A program made the translations under genes and the position numbers. A model generated the notes under the pieces. The model did not search any database. It saw only the letters and a program-made list of their open reading frames with translations, and was not told where the DNA came from. Shown piece by piece: positions 20,129-29,267 of a DNA stretch of 64,000 nucleotides. The first letter of the stretch is position 1; each line of letters opens with the position of its first letter. This DNA comes from Gemmatimonadales bacterium (lineage in GTDB: Bacteria; Gemmatimonadota; Gemmatimonadetes; Gemmatimonadales; GWC2-71-9), in the NCBI GenBank assembly GCA_965249575.1, contig OZ252244.1, positions 1,792,001 through 1,856,000 of the forward strand, given 5' to 3'.

Positions 20129-20398
20129 TTATCCGCCGGAGAGTGCTTGCATGACGTAGACTTCCGCGTCTTTCGGCACCGGATCGCTCAAAGTTGCACG
20201 ATCCCCGATCGCGTTGCCGTTCACGAAGACGACCATATGCTTGCGCAGCACGCCCTGATCGTCCAACACGTAGGCGCGGGCCCGCGGGTTCCCCGCGAAC
20301 ACGGCTTCTAGGACCTCCCGCACCGTCGCGCCCGGCGCATCGGTCGGGGGGCACTGCACGTGTCGTTGAATGTTTTGAGTGAAAGCGACCATTGGCAC
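20129..20398 (-). CDS. MoaD/ThiS ubiquitin-like protein
   Basis: GATVRE.L, YVLDDQG.LRKH..VFVNG, C-terminal QALSGG. Confidence 0.92.
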   Translation of the reverse strand: MPMVAFTQNIQRHVQCPPTDAPGATVREVLEAVFAGNPRARAYVLDDQGVLRKHMVVFVNGNAIGDRATLSDPVPKDAEVYVMQALSGG

Positions 20399-20539
20399 GG
20401 GGTCTTACCTCCAGCGTCGAATGGATATAGCGGGTCGCCATCCAACCCGCCAGTTCGTCGCGGGATGCGCGGTGCTCCCGGCCGGTCGTCGATTCACCCC
20501 TACCGGCTCCACCCCCACGCCCTACAGTTTTCCGATCTC

Positions 20540-21082
20540 GTGGACCAGTTGATTCATTTTGTCTACCGCCGGCCAGGCCGGGGGGATCCAATCGTTTACG
20601 ACCAGCGGTTGGTGGCCGACCGACCGGATGTGAAGGTGCTCTTGCAGGAGAGCTATGGCGGCCGCGACCTCACCGTAGGGGGTGCGCACATTCTTCCTCG
20701 CGGTGCGCCGGTCATTTGGTACGTCTTCCCCGGGCAATGGCACGACGTCGGCGCGTTTCATCTCCACGACGGTACACTCACGGGGTGGTACGCCAATATC
20801 TGCACGCCGGTGGAGATCGACGGGAACAACTGGTCGAGCACCGACCTTTTCCTCGACCTCTGGATGCCGGTCGGGAGCCACCCAGTCTGGCTCGATGAGG
20901 ACGAGTTTCAGTCGGCGGTAGACGCCGGCACAATCTCGGACGAAATGACCGCGCGAGCACTCGAAGAGCGCACGCGCCTCGAGGCCGAGGTGAGGGCGGG
21001 GGGGTGGCCGCCGGAGGTGGTGCGAGAGGTGGACCTGAAGACAGTAAGGGGGGCCACCCCGCGCCACCCACCCCCAGAGTAA
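20540..21082 (+). CDS. DUF402 family protein
   Basis: GWYANICTP, TDLFLDLW, LDEDEF. Confidence 0.85.
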   Translation: MDQLIHFVYRRPGRGDPIVYDQRLVADRPDVKVLLQESYGGRDLTVGGAHILPRGAPVIWYVFPGQWHDVGAFHLHDGTLTGWYANICTPVEIDGNNWSSTDLFLDLWMPVGSHPVWLDEDEFQSAVDAGTISDEMTARALEERTRLEAEVRAGGWPPEVVREVDLKTVRGATPRHPPPE

Positions 21083-21190
21083 GGAGTGAGGAGTTCACGC
21101 TCCCCACCTCGTCCGCGGCTCCTCGCTTTTTTGCTCTCCCCCGCGTCACTCTGATGCCATACCGATTCCGTCTCTTGCGCAGTGTGCCCT

Positions 21191-24100
21191 ATGCTCGCGG
21201 ACATATTGCCCACCATTCGACGCGCGCGCGACACATCGTCCCTCTTCACGGAGTTGGGATACCAGGCTGATTCCCTCGAGTTAGACGAGGGCGTGCTCCT
21301 CGTGGCACGCTGGAAGGGATTTCGAGTGCTCGCGGTCGATTCGAAGTCCGCTCCCGATGGGGCGAGGTGGCTCGCGAACCGCATGGGTTTGCTCGCTGAT
21401 CGCGGCCTCGCGGTTTCGGTAGGGCCTTCAGAAGCGATGGCGCTCGCGGCGCCGAGGCTCAGGTCGCGCGGCAGTACCCGGGCGCTCAACGTCGCGCTCG
21501 GCAACCCGACGCCGCTGTCCATCCGACTGCTCGAACGCCTGAGGGCGGGCCGCAAGGGCAACGCGTTGTCTCACGCGTTGCGCGTGGCGGAACTGCTGAG
21601 CAGCGAAGCAGTGAGCAACCGGTTCTTCACCGCCTTCCGGCTCGCGCTCGAACGAATGGCGGGCTCCGTCGCGCCTGGCCCGGGACGAGACGACGCCAAT
21701 CGAAAGCTGGTCGTCTTGCTCGCCCTGAGTCGTGTGCTGTTTCTGTACTTCGTGCAGGAAAAGGGATGGCTCGACGGACGGCGAGACTATCTCCGTTCGC
21801 TGTTGGACGACGCGCTCGCTCGGCGAAGGCACTTTCACCGCACGGTGCTCCACCCGCTGTTCTTCGGAACGCTGAACCGCGCGGCTGACACGCGCTCCAC
21901 CGGTCGGCGCCTAGGTCTCATCCCCTATCTCAATGGCGGGCTGTTCGAGCCTCACCCGGTCGAGCGGCGCTTCGGGCCGATCGTTTTTTCGAACGAGCTG
22001 TGGCGCGACGCCTTCGATGGTGTGTTCGAGCGGTTCCACTTCTGCGTGCGCGAAGCCGATCAGGTCGACGCGATCGCTCCGGACATGTTGGGCCGGGTCT
22101 TCGAGCGGGTGATGGAAGCACCGGAGCGGCGCGACACCGGTACCTACTACACACCCGAATCCCTCGTCGGGCAGATCGTAGACGCCGCCATAGAGACCGC
22201 GCTCGTTGGCAGGCACCGGCTGAGCCCAACGCTCGCCAAGAGCGTCGCCGGCGCAAAGTCGCGGGACCGGACCGCGGGTGCACGCGCCCACCGAGCGCTG
22301 CGCGACCTGCGCCTGCTCGATCCGGCCGTGGGATCTGGCGCCTTCCTCCTGGGTGCACTCGAGTCGCTCACTCGCATGCGGCTCGCCCTGAGTCCGCGAC
22401 CTGGGGGTGCAGCAGCCCGCTGGCAAATCCGCAGGGAAATCTTGCGGGAGAATTTGGTCGGGGTCGACCTGAGCCCCCATCGCCGTTCGCCTGGCGGAGC
22501 TCCGCCTGTGGCTCGCCGTCGTGGCCGACGACCCAACCACCGACATCAGAAGGGTTTCACCGCTCCCCAATCTCGACGGCGTCGTGCGGCAGGGGGACTC
22601 GCTCCTCGATCCGATCGGTGCCGCGCGCGCGTTTCATTTGGTCGGTAGCGACATCCCCTCCCGATCGGCGACAGCGGCACGGGCCCAGCGTCGAGCGATG
22701 TTGGACGCTTCGGGCACCTCGCAGCGGCGGCCGGCGGCCGCGCTGCGCGAGGTCGAGTTGGCGATCGCAAAGGAGATCCTCCACGCCGCGAACGCGAGCG
22801 CCAACGCGCAAATCAAAGACCTCACCGAGGCCGCTCGCAGCGCCGACCTGTTCGGACGCCGGTCCGGGCTCAGCCGGGAGCAGCGCGCCACGATCAACAA
22901 GCTCAGGCGCCGCCAGCTCGCTATCGACCGGGCTCACGAAGCGCTGGCGAGGGGCACGGTCCCGTTCTTTTCATTCGAGGTACACGCGCCTGACGTCATC
23001 GCCCGCGGAGGGTTCTCTGCAGTGTTCGGTAATCCTCCGTGGGTCAGAGCCGAGCGGCTGGAGCCCGGTCGTCGCAGAGCCCTCTCGGAGCGATTCTCGA
23101 CGTGGCGCGTCGCCCCCTCACAGCGCCTCCGTCCACGTCTTTCTGGCTACGCGCATCAACCCGACCTGTCTGTCGCGTTTCTCGAGCGGGCGCTCGAGCT
23201 CGCTGCACCGGGTGGGGCGATCGGCCTCCTGCTTCCGAGCAAGTTCCTGTCCGGGAACTATGGTGAGGCGGCCCGACGCACACTGGTCGCCGAGACCCGC
23301 ATTGAATGCGTCCACTGCCTGCCGCCCCGAGAGGCCGCGCGCTTCGGCGCCACCACCTATCCGGTGGCCGTGGTCGTAAAGCGCGACCCGCCACCAGCGC
23401 AACACCGGGTGAGCGTGGGGTTCGGCCAAAAGCCGACGGTCTCACAAAAGGATCTGAATCGGCCTGGACCCTGGGTCATGGTTCCAGACCGCACTAGAAG
23501 AGCCCTGGACGAGTTTCTCTCTGCCGGTAGTCCACTGTCGCGCTGGGCTCCGCCGGCGCTCGGCGTCAAGACCGGAGCCGATGCGATCTTCGTTGGGACG
23601 GTGGTCGCGCAGAATTCGGCGACCTCCGTCGTTCGGTTCGGTTCCGGCGAAGTACGTGTCGAATCCCAGCTGCTCCGCCCGGCGCTCCGCGGCCGCGACG
23701 TCCGGAGTTTCAGCGTCACCCCCGCGAAGTGTCTCGTCTGGACCCACGACGACGACGGGCGCGTCCGGCAGTCGCTACCCCGGCTGGTCGCCGCCTATCT
23801 GCGGGGTCACGCAGGCAACCTCCGCCGCAGGAGCGATCACCGCAGCGGTCCGCTGTGGAGTTTGTTTCGGACGGGCGCGGCGACGGCCCGCTCACGTGTC
23901 GTGCGGCCCGACATCGCGAAGTCGCCGCGGGCGGTGGCGCTCGACGAGACCAACGTGCCGCGGGCGATACCTCTCAACACGTGCTACGTGGCGGCGGTTC
24001 CAGACCGCGAAACGGCGCTGGTGATGGCGGCTGTGCTCAACTCCACGTGGAGCTACGCGGTCGCCGTCGTAATGGCCGACGAAGCGCGCGGCGGATACCG

Positions 24101-24307
24101 TCGCCTCAACGCGCGAGTCGCAGGCAGTATTCCTTTGCCCGGACCGGGCCGGGCCCAGCGCGATCCGCGCTCGTGGGCCTGAGCACGGACCTCCATCACA
24201 ACCCCCATGCAGACCGTTCAAGCCTGGACGAAGCGGTGGCGCACGCCTTCGGCCTTTCCGCCTCCGTCAGGGACCGACTCAGAGCCCTGGCCGCGCATCA
24301 CCGCTGA
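21191..24307 (+). CDS. Large N6-adenine DNA methyltransferase (Eco57I/type IIG-like); frameshifts near 22478 and 24160
   Basis: YLNGGLFE, PDMLGRVFE, GTYYTP, DPAVGSGAFL (motif I), GNPPW (motif IV), GVKTGAD and LNS target-recognition-like region; three consecutive frames. Confidence 0.85.
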
Positions 24308-24480
24308 CCAGCTCGTCCTCGTTCGGGAGCCCGTGCGGTGGTCCGTCGGTCTCCCGCCGCGCGGCGACCACGGTGAAGCGATGCGCGCGGTGCGCCGGGC
24401 GGCTCTCGGCCCGATGCACGGGTGCCTCGACGCGCCCGCATGGCTGCTCCCCCATCAAGCCGAAGCGCTCGTACGAAGGA
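24300..24480 (+). pseudogene. N-terminal fragment of an SF2 helicase-like gene (Q-motif only)
   Basis: APAWLLPHQAEAL resembles a helicase Q motif; no Walker A follows. Confidence 0.45.
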
Positions 24481-24707
24481 CGCACGGCAGCCAAGGGCAT
24501 CCATATCTCCGCCACTCGCTTGGCAAAGACCGTCCGCATGCTCGGCAACCTGACCGAAGCACCGGTCGTTGACTACACGCCGAGGGTCAGGATGCTCGAC
24601 CTCGAGGGCGCGAAGGCGCGCGAAGAGTAGGTAGGTCCCCAAACCTGTACCCGGGCCCACGCCGGCCCCCCCTTCGGTACTGGGTCAAGATTGACCCACT
24701 AGCCTCC

Positions 24708-24768
24708 TTGATTCTGCAGATTTGCGGGTTATATTCTGGACAAATGACCGAATATATCCCGAAGATAG
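24708..24768 (+). promoter_or_regulatory. Promoter plus CCGAA-N6-CCGAA operator (candidate SOS box)
   Basis: TTGATT-16nt-TATATT, then ccgaatatatcccgaagatag at 24748-24768, identical to the reverse complement of 27606-27626. Confidence 0.7.
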
Positions 24769-24902
24769 AGCCTCTTCGGGTCAGGGATGAGCCTCAGCCT
24801 CTCGTACAGGGCGGGCCCTGCTGTCCCGACTGTGGTGGTCCGATGGTTCCGGCCTCGGGTTGCCAGTCCTGTCCGTCCTGTGGCTGGGCTCGGTGCGGCT
24901 GA
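24744..24902 (+). CDS. Small Cys-rich zinc-ribbon protein (52 aa)
   Basis: CPDCGGPMVPASGCQSCPSCGWARCG; its TGA overlaps the ATG of the radical SAM gene. Confidence 0.7.
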   Translation: MTEYIPKIEPLRVRDEPQPLVQGGPCCPDCGGPMVPASGCQSCPSCGWARCG

Positions 24903-26089
24903 TGGGACGTCGACCTGGCAGTCGATCGGGGGAGCAGGGTGAGCTGGGCATCGCGTCGCGGCTGAGGGACGGAGGGGGAGGGGGAGGGGGAGCTCCACGG
25001 TATCGGCCATTGCTCGGATCGCGGCTTCGTGGCACGAAGTTCATCGAGCATCGCGTAAAGACGATAGCCAACTCGCCGTCCTCTACGGGCATGGAGTTCT
25101 GGTCGCTCAACCCGTACGTGGGTTGCGAGTTCGGCTGCACGTATTGCTACGCCCGGTTTGCGCATCGCTACGTCGTCGAGCGTGCGAGCAGCCAGGGCAC
25201 GCTGGCTCCGGCGGAGCTTCGCGAGATGGAATCCGCCATCTGGGAGGCATTCGAGCGGCGTATCTTCGTAAAGCGTCGCGACACGGTTCTCGACGCACTC
25301 GACAGAGACCTCGAGCGACTCCTCGGACGGGGCGCCTCGCCCAAGCACGAGACGCTCCTCATCGGGACTGCCACCGATCCGTATCAACCCGCCGAACGCG
25401 AGTTCCGCATCACCCGCGCCGTGCTCGAGCGGCTCGCAGAAGAGCGGGGACTGTCGATCGGCATCATCACCAAGAGCCCGATGGTGTGCCGGGACGTCGA
25501 TCTCTTCGGGAAGCTCCAACAGCGCCACCGTCTGGCGATTCACATCTCACTCATCACGATCGATCCGGATCTCATCCGCTTTTTCGAGGCCCGCTCGCCC
25601 ATGCCGCACGTTCGGCTTCGCGCGCTCAGCCGGCTGACGGCGGCCAACGTAAACGCCGGACTCATCGTGGCCCCGATTCTCCCTGGCATTAGCGACTCGG
25701 TTACCCAGTTCACAGAGCTCATCCAAGCAGCCAAGGCCGCGGGTGCGCTGTTCGCCCATCCCAGCCCGCTCCGGCTGTACGCCGGAATCCGCAAGGAGTT
25801 CATCGCGCACCTCAAGCGTGAGTTCCCGCAACTCGTCCGGAGGTATCGCCTGGCCTACCGCGGATTCGGGACCGCTCCAGCGAAATACGCCGACGCGGTG
25901 CGGCTGCGCTTCAAACGAGTCGCGGCGCGATTCGACATCCCAGTACATTATGAGACCAGTGATGCGCTCGATGCGTGGTCCGACGAGACGGAAGCGCATC
26001 AGCTCTCGCTCTGGGAGCCCCGACCGCCAAAAGAGCAACACCCGCCCCCTGATCCCCGACCGCAACCCGACCGCCCAGGAGCGAGATGA
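24902..26089 (+). CDS. Radical SAM protein, spore photoproduct lyase-like (Rv2578c type)
   Basis: NPYVGCEFGCTYCYAR, GTATDPYQPAE, TKS, APILPG. Confidence 0.9.
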   Translation: MGRRPGSRSGEQGELGIASRLRDGGGGGGGAPRYRPLLGSRLRGTKFIEHRVKTIANSPSSTGMEFWSLNPYVGCEFGCTYCYARFAHRYVVERASSQGTLAPAELREMESAIWEAFERRIFVKRRDTVLDALDRDLERLLGRGASPKHETLLIGTATDPYQPAEREFRITRAVLERLAEERGLSIGIITKSPMVCRDVDLFGKLQQRHRLAIHISLITIDPDLIRFFEARSPMPHVRLRALSRLTAANVNAGLIVAPILPGISDSVTQFTELIQAAKAAGALFAHPSPLRLYAGIRKEFIAHLKREFPQLVRRYRLAYRGFGTAPAKYADAVRLRFKRVAARFDIPVHYETSDALDAWSDETEAHQLSLWEPRPPKEQHPPPDPRPQPDRPGAR

Positions 26090-26167
26090 TGCCGGCAATC
26101 GTCGCACCTCTGCTGGCGGGATCCCTGGCATGCGGTGTTGTTCTCCCCTGCCGCCCGGAGTAATCCC

Positions 26168-26572
26168 TTGCAGACCATTAGCATCAAAAGGCTCACACCC
26201 CTCTTGTTCGTCAACGAAATCGAGCCGTGCCTCGAGTTCTGGGTCGAGCGGCTGGGCTTCGCGAAGACCGTCGAGGTGCCGGAGGGCGACAAGCTGGGCT
26301 TCGTAATCCTCGTGAAGGATGGGACAGAGGTCATGTATCAGAGCCGGGCGAGCGTGGCGAATGACATCCCAGCCCTGGCAGAGGGGCGTGTCGGGCGGGC
26401 GAACTTGTACGTCGAGGTCGACGATGTGGACGCCGCCGAGAACGCCCTTGCGGGATTCGAGGTCGCCGTTCCAAAAAGGCAGACGTTCTACGGCGCCACC
26501 GAGATTTTCATACGGGACCCGGGCGGCAACGTCATCGGCTTCGCAGAGATGGCGGAGTCGGCAGAACAGTAG
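26168..26572 (+). CDS. VOC/glyoxalase family protein
   Basis: FWVERLGF, LYVEVDDVD, TFYGATEIFIRDPGGNVIGF. Confidence 0.88.
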   Translation: MQTISIKRLTPLLFVNEIEPCLEFWVERLGFAKTVEVPEGDKLGFVILVKDGTEVMYQSRASVANDIPALAEGRVGRANLYVEVDDVDAAENALAGFEVAVPKRQTFYGATEIFIRDPGGNVIGFAEMAESAEQ

Positions 26573-26590
26573 ACCGGGGCAGCGCGCGAG

Positions 26591-27550
26591 TCAGAGTGGC
26601 AGGCGTCCCTGGGCATCCTCCGCCCCTTCAGCATCCCGTTTTCCCTCTGCGGGCTCTGACTTCGACGGCGGCGTCGCGGCGCCGGACGCGATGCCGAGGG
26701 GCGCGAGCACCCCTCGAAAGGCCGCGGCGAGATCCGGTGGGACTTTCACGTGCTCGTCTCCATGGAGTTTCCTGAGCATCGCGGCATTCGTCGGCGCCTG
26801 CCCTCCGTAGTGATTGTTGGCCACGACGTAGGTATCGCGCGCCCGATCCGCAACCTCGTGGATGCGATCCAGCCAGCCGCGAAGCTCGTCCTCAGAGTAG
26901 AGATAGTCATAGCGCTCGTGCGACTGCGCGTCGTCACGAAACCAGTTCTCGTAGTTGCGGCCATGTAGCCGCACGTACCCGATCGGCGCGGTGACCAGCG
27001 CGTCGGGTTTAATGGAGTTCCGGAACATGGGCTGGTCGATGTTCACCACACCAACCCCGCGCCCGGACAGCAACGAGTAGAACACCGGATGATTCCAGGA
27101 GGAGTGTCGCACCTCCACCGCAATCGGGAAGTCGGCAAAGGCTCGCAGGACGTCGTCCAACCATTCCTCGGATTGGGACGACCGCTTGAAGGACCAGGGG
27201 AACTGGACCAGCACGCATCCCAGGCGTCCGGCCTCGGCGAGCGGTGCGAACCCGGTGGTTACTTCGTTCACGTCGTCCGTGGTCCAGGCTCGATCCCGGT
27301 CGTGGGTAAAACGCTGCCAAAGCTTGGCGCTGAACATGAACTTTGAGTTGGCCGAGACTCGACGCTCCCAGGCGGCCGCCGATTTGGGCGCGGGCGGGCG
27401 GTAAAAAGTCGAGTTGATCTCGATGGTGTCGAAGTATCCGGCGAGATACGCAAGGGAATCGAAGCCCCGAGGCCGAGACGCGGGATAGACCGGCCCCCAC
27501 CAGTCCTTGTAGTCCCATCCTGCAACTCCAAACCTAATAATATCAGGTAC
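26591..27550 (-). CDS. DUF72 family protein, second paralogue (no canonical start codon)
   Basis: Open frame extends to VPDIIRFGVAGWDYKDW..VYP..EINSTFY; YVRLHGRN, RYDYLYS, NNH. Confidence 0.88.
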   Translation of the reverse strand, partial: VPDIIRFGVAGWDYKDWWGPVYPASRPRGFDSLAYLAGYFDTIEINSTFYRPPAPKSAAAWERRVSANSKFMFSAKLWQRFTHDRDRAWTTDDVNEVTTGFAPLAEAGRLGCVLVQFPWSFKRSSQSEEWLDDVLRAFADFPIAVEVRHSSWNHPVFYSLLSGRGVGVVNIDQPMFRNSIKPDALVTAPIGYVRLHGRNYENWFRDDAQSHERYDYLYSEDELRGWLDRIHEVADRARDTYVVANNHYGGQAPTNAAMLRKLHGDEHVKVPPDLAAAFRGVLAPLGIASGAATPPSKSEPAEGKRDAEGAEDAQGRLPL

Positions 27551-27594
27551 TTACACCGTACCGCGGCGGCGGTTGTGGAACCTGTTTTCGTTAC

Positions 27595-27646
27595 TTGCGC
27601 GCACCCTATCTTCGGGATATATTCGGGTCCATTTTGGATCTGTCAA
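27595..27646. promoter_or_regulatory. Divergent promoters overlapped by a TTCGG-N6-TTCGG-N6-TTTGG operator (candidate SOS box)
   Basis: Plus strand TTGCGC-17nt-TATATT towards imuB; minus strand TTGACA at 27641-27646 towards DUF72; repeats at 27611, 27622, 27633. Confidence 0.7.
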
Positions 27647-27686
27647 GGGCTAGGCCTCCCATGCCCTCCTGAAAATAGGCACTGAA

Positions 27687-28970
27687 ATGACTGTCCCCAC
27701 TCTCGACCATACCACAGCAGCTGCTCCGGCTAGCCGCCGGCCGGTTGGTCTGGTGAGCGATCTCGCTGTCTGCGTGTGGATTCCTCTGTTTGCGTTGCGC
27801 GCGGAGGAGGAGCGGCGGCCCGGCTACGCTGCGCGGCCGCTCGCCGTGCTCGACCCGGACGATTCGCGCCGGCTCTGGCAGGTCTCACCTTCGGCCCGGC
27901 ACGCAGGCGTCAAGCCCGGCACGACCATCAGCCAGGCAATTGGGCTGTGTCCCACGCTCACGCTCTGCGAAGCCGATCCGGTCTACTACGACGAGCGATT
28001 CGCACGCCTCCTCCACGATCTCTCCAACGTGAGCCCGGTCGTCGAGCCGGGAGACCTTGGCAGGGCCTACGTAGGAGTCGACGGTTTGGACAAACTGCAT
28101 GGTAATCCCGAGCGGCAGATCGAAGTGATCAAGCGGACGGTCGGTCGCCATGGATGGCGTGCCGCGTGCCGTCTGGGTTGGGGTCGGGGGAAGTTCACCG
28201 CTTGGGTCGCCGCAATGCGCGCAAAACCCGGCGATGGGATCATCGTGCGCGATCCGGAGCGCGCGGCGTTTCTCTCCACTCAATCCATTGTGTCGCTTCC
28301 CCTCAGCTCCGATGCCCAGCGCCGGCTCTGGCAGTTGGGTTTGAAAACACTGGGTGGGTTTACGTCACTACCCGAACAGGCGGTCGTGGCGCAGTTCGGG
28401 CGTGAAGGACGCGTAGCGTGGCGGTTGGCGGCGGGGATGATCGCCGAGCCGGTGGTGGGTCGCGAAACGCCCGAACCGATCGTCACCGAGGTCGGTTTCC
28501 CCGCGCCCATCGCCGACCGCATGATGCTCGCGCATGCGCTCGAGCGTCTCATCGAACAGGCACTGCGACATCCGCGGCGTGCCGGCTGGCGCGTGCTGGC
28601 CGTACGCGTGCGTGCAGCGCTCGAGTACGGCTCGTCCTGGTTGGCCGGCGTCACGTTGAAGGATCCCTCCGCCAATCGCGCCCACATCGTCGCGCCGCTC
28701 CTGACGCGTCTCGAGCAGTCGCCACCGGCCGGCGCCGTCGAGCGGCTCGCTGTCGAGTTCGTGGCGTTCGCGCCCGGTACAACGGAAATGCAGCTCTTCG
28801 CGCGGGATGCCACGAGCACCGCGCGCGCGGGCCGCCGCCGCGCGCTTCGCGCCGCCGCGAGTGAGATCAAAACCAGGCTCAAACGCCCAATGCTCCATCG
28901 AGTAATCGAGGTAAGCCCATGGTCGCACCTCCCAGAGCGTCGATACGCCCTCATCGACTTCGAGCCCTGA
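27687..28970 (+). CDS. imuB: ImuB-like inactive Y-family polymerase
   Basis: Y-family layout (SP.AR..GVKPG.T.SQA..LCP, SPVVE) without catalytic carboxylates; upstream of dnaE2. Confidence 0.85.
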   Translation: MTVPTLDHTTAAAPASRRPVGLVSDLAVCVWIPLFALRAEEERRPGYAARPLAVLDPDDSRRLWQVSPSARHAGVKPGTTISQAIGLCPTLTLCEADPVYYDERFARLLHDLSNVSPVVEPGDLGRAYVGVDGLDKLHGNPERQIEVIKRTVGRHGWRAACRLGWGRGKFTAWVAAMRAKPGDGIIVRDPERAAFLSTQSIVSLPLSSDAQRRLWQLGLKTLGGFTSLPEQAVVAQFGREGRVAWRLAAGMIAEPVVGRETPEPIVTEVGFPAPIADRMMLAHALERLIEQALRHPRRAGWRVLAVRVRAALEYGSSWLAGVTLKDPSANRAHIVAPLLTRLEQSPPAGAVERLAVEFVAFAPGTTEMQLFARDATSTARAGRRRALRAAASEIKTRLKRPMLHRVIEVSPWSHLPERRYALIDFEP

Positions 28971-29233
28971 ACCTTCCACGGCCCGTAGCGATCGAGTTGA
29001 ACCACCGAGGAGAGCCGAAGGTGGTCGGGCAGCATTCTTCCCCATCTCCCACCTCACCCGCTGGCGCGCGGCAAGGTCCGGTAGTGGCTATCTGCGAAGC
29101 GTGGCGTGTCGATGACGAGTGGTGGAGACGCCCCATCTCGCGCCGGTATTTCGAGGTGGTGCTGGGGAGCGGTGCACACGTGGTGCTGTTCCAAGATCTG
29201 TCCACACACCAGTGGTACCTGCAGATGCCCTAA
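28919..29233 (+). CDS. DUF6504-like small protein resembling the ImuB C-terminal module
   Basis: WRVDDEWWRRPISRRYF...LFQDL...WY; located between imuB and dnaE2. Confidence 0.78.
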   Translation: MVAPPRASIRPHRLRALNLPRPVAIELNHRGEPKVVGQHSSPSPTSPAGARQGPVVAICEAWRVDDEWWRRPISRRYFEVVLGSGAHVVLFQDLSTHQWYLQMP

Positions 29234-29267
29234 TGCATCCACGATTACGAGGTAGGTCACCGCGCTC

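Noticed and set aside
24744..26089. Cys-rich peptide plus radical SAM as a sactipeptide/ranthipeptide RiPP cluster
   Set aside because: The enzyme is SPL/Rv2578c-like with no SPASM or RRE domain, and there is no transporter or peptidase; the peptide fits a zinc ribbon
24748..27626. 21-bp inverted repeats as transposon ends or an invertible segment
   Set aside because: No transposase or recombinase nearby, no evident target duplication, and both copies overlap promoters of repair genes, so an operator fits better. Inversion is not strictly excluded without reads.
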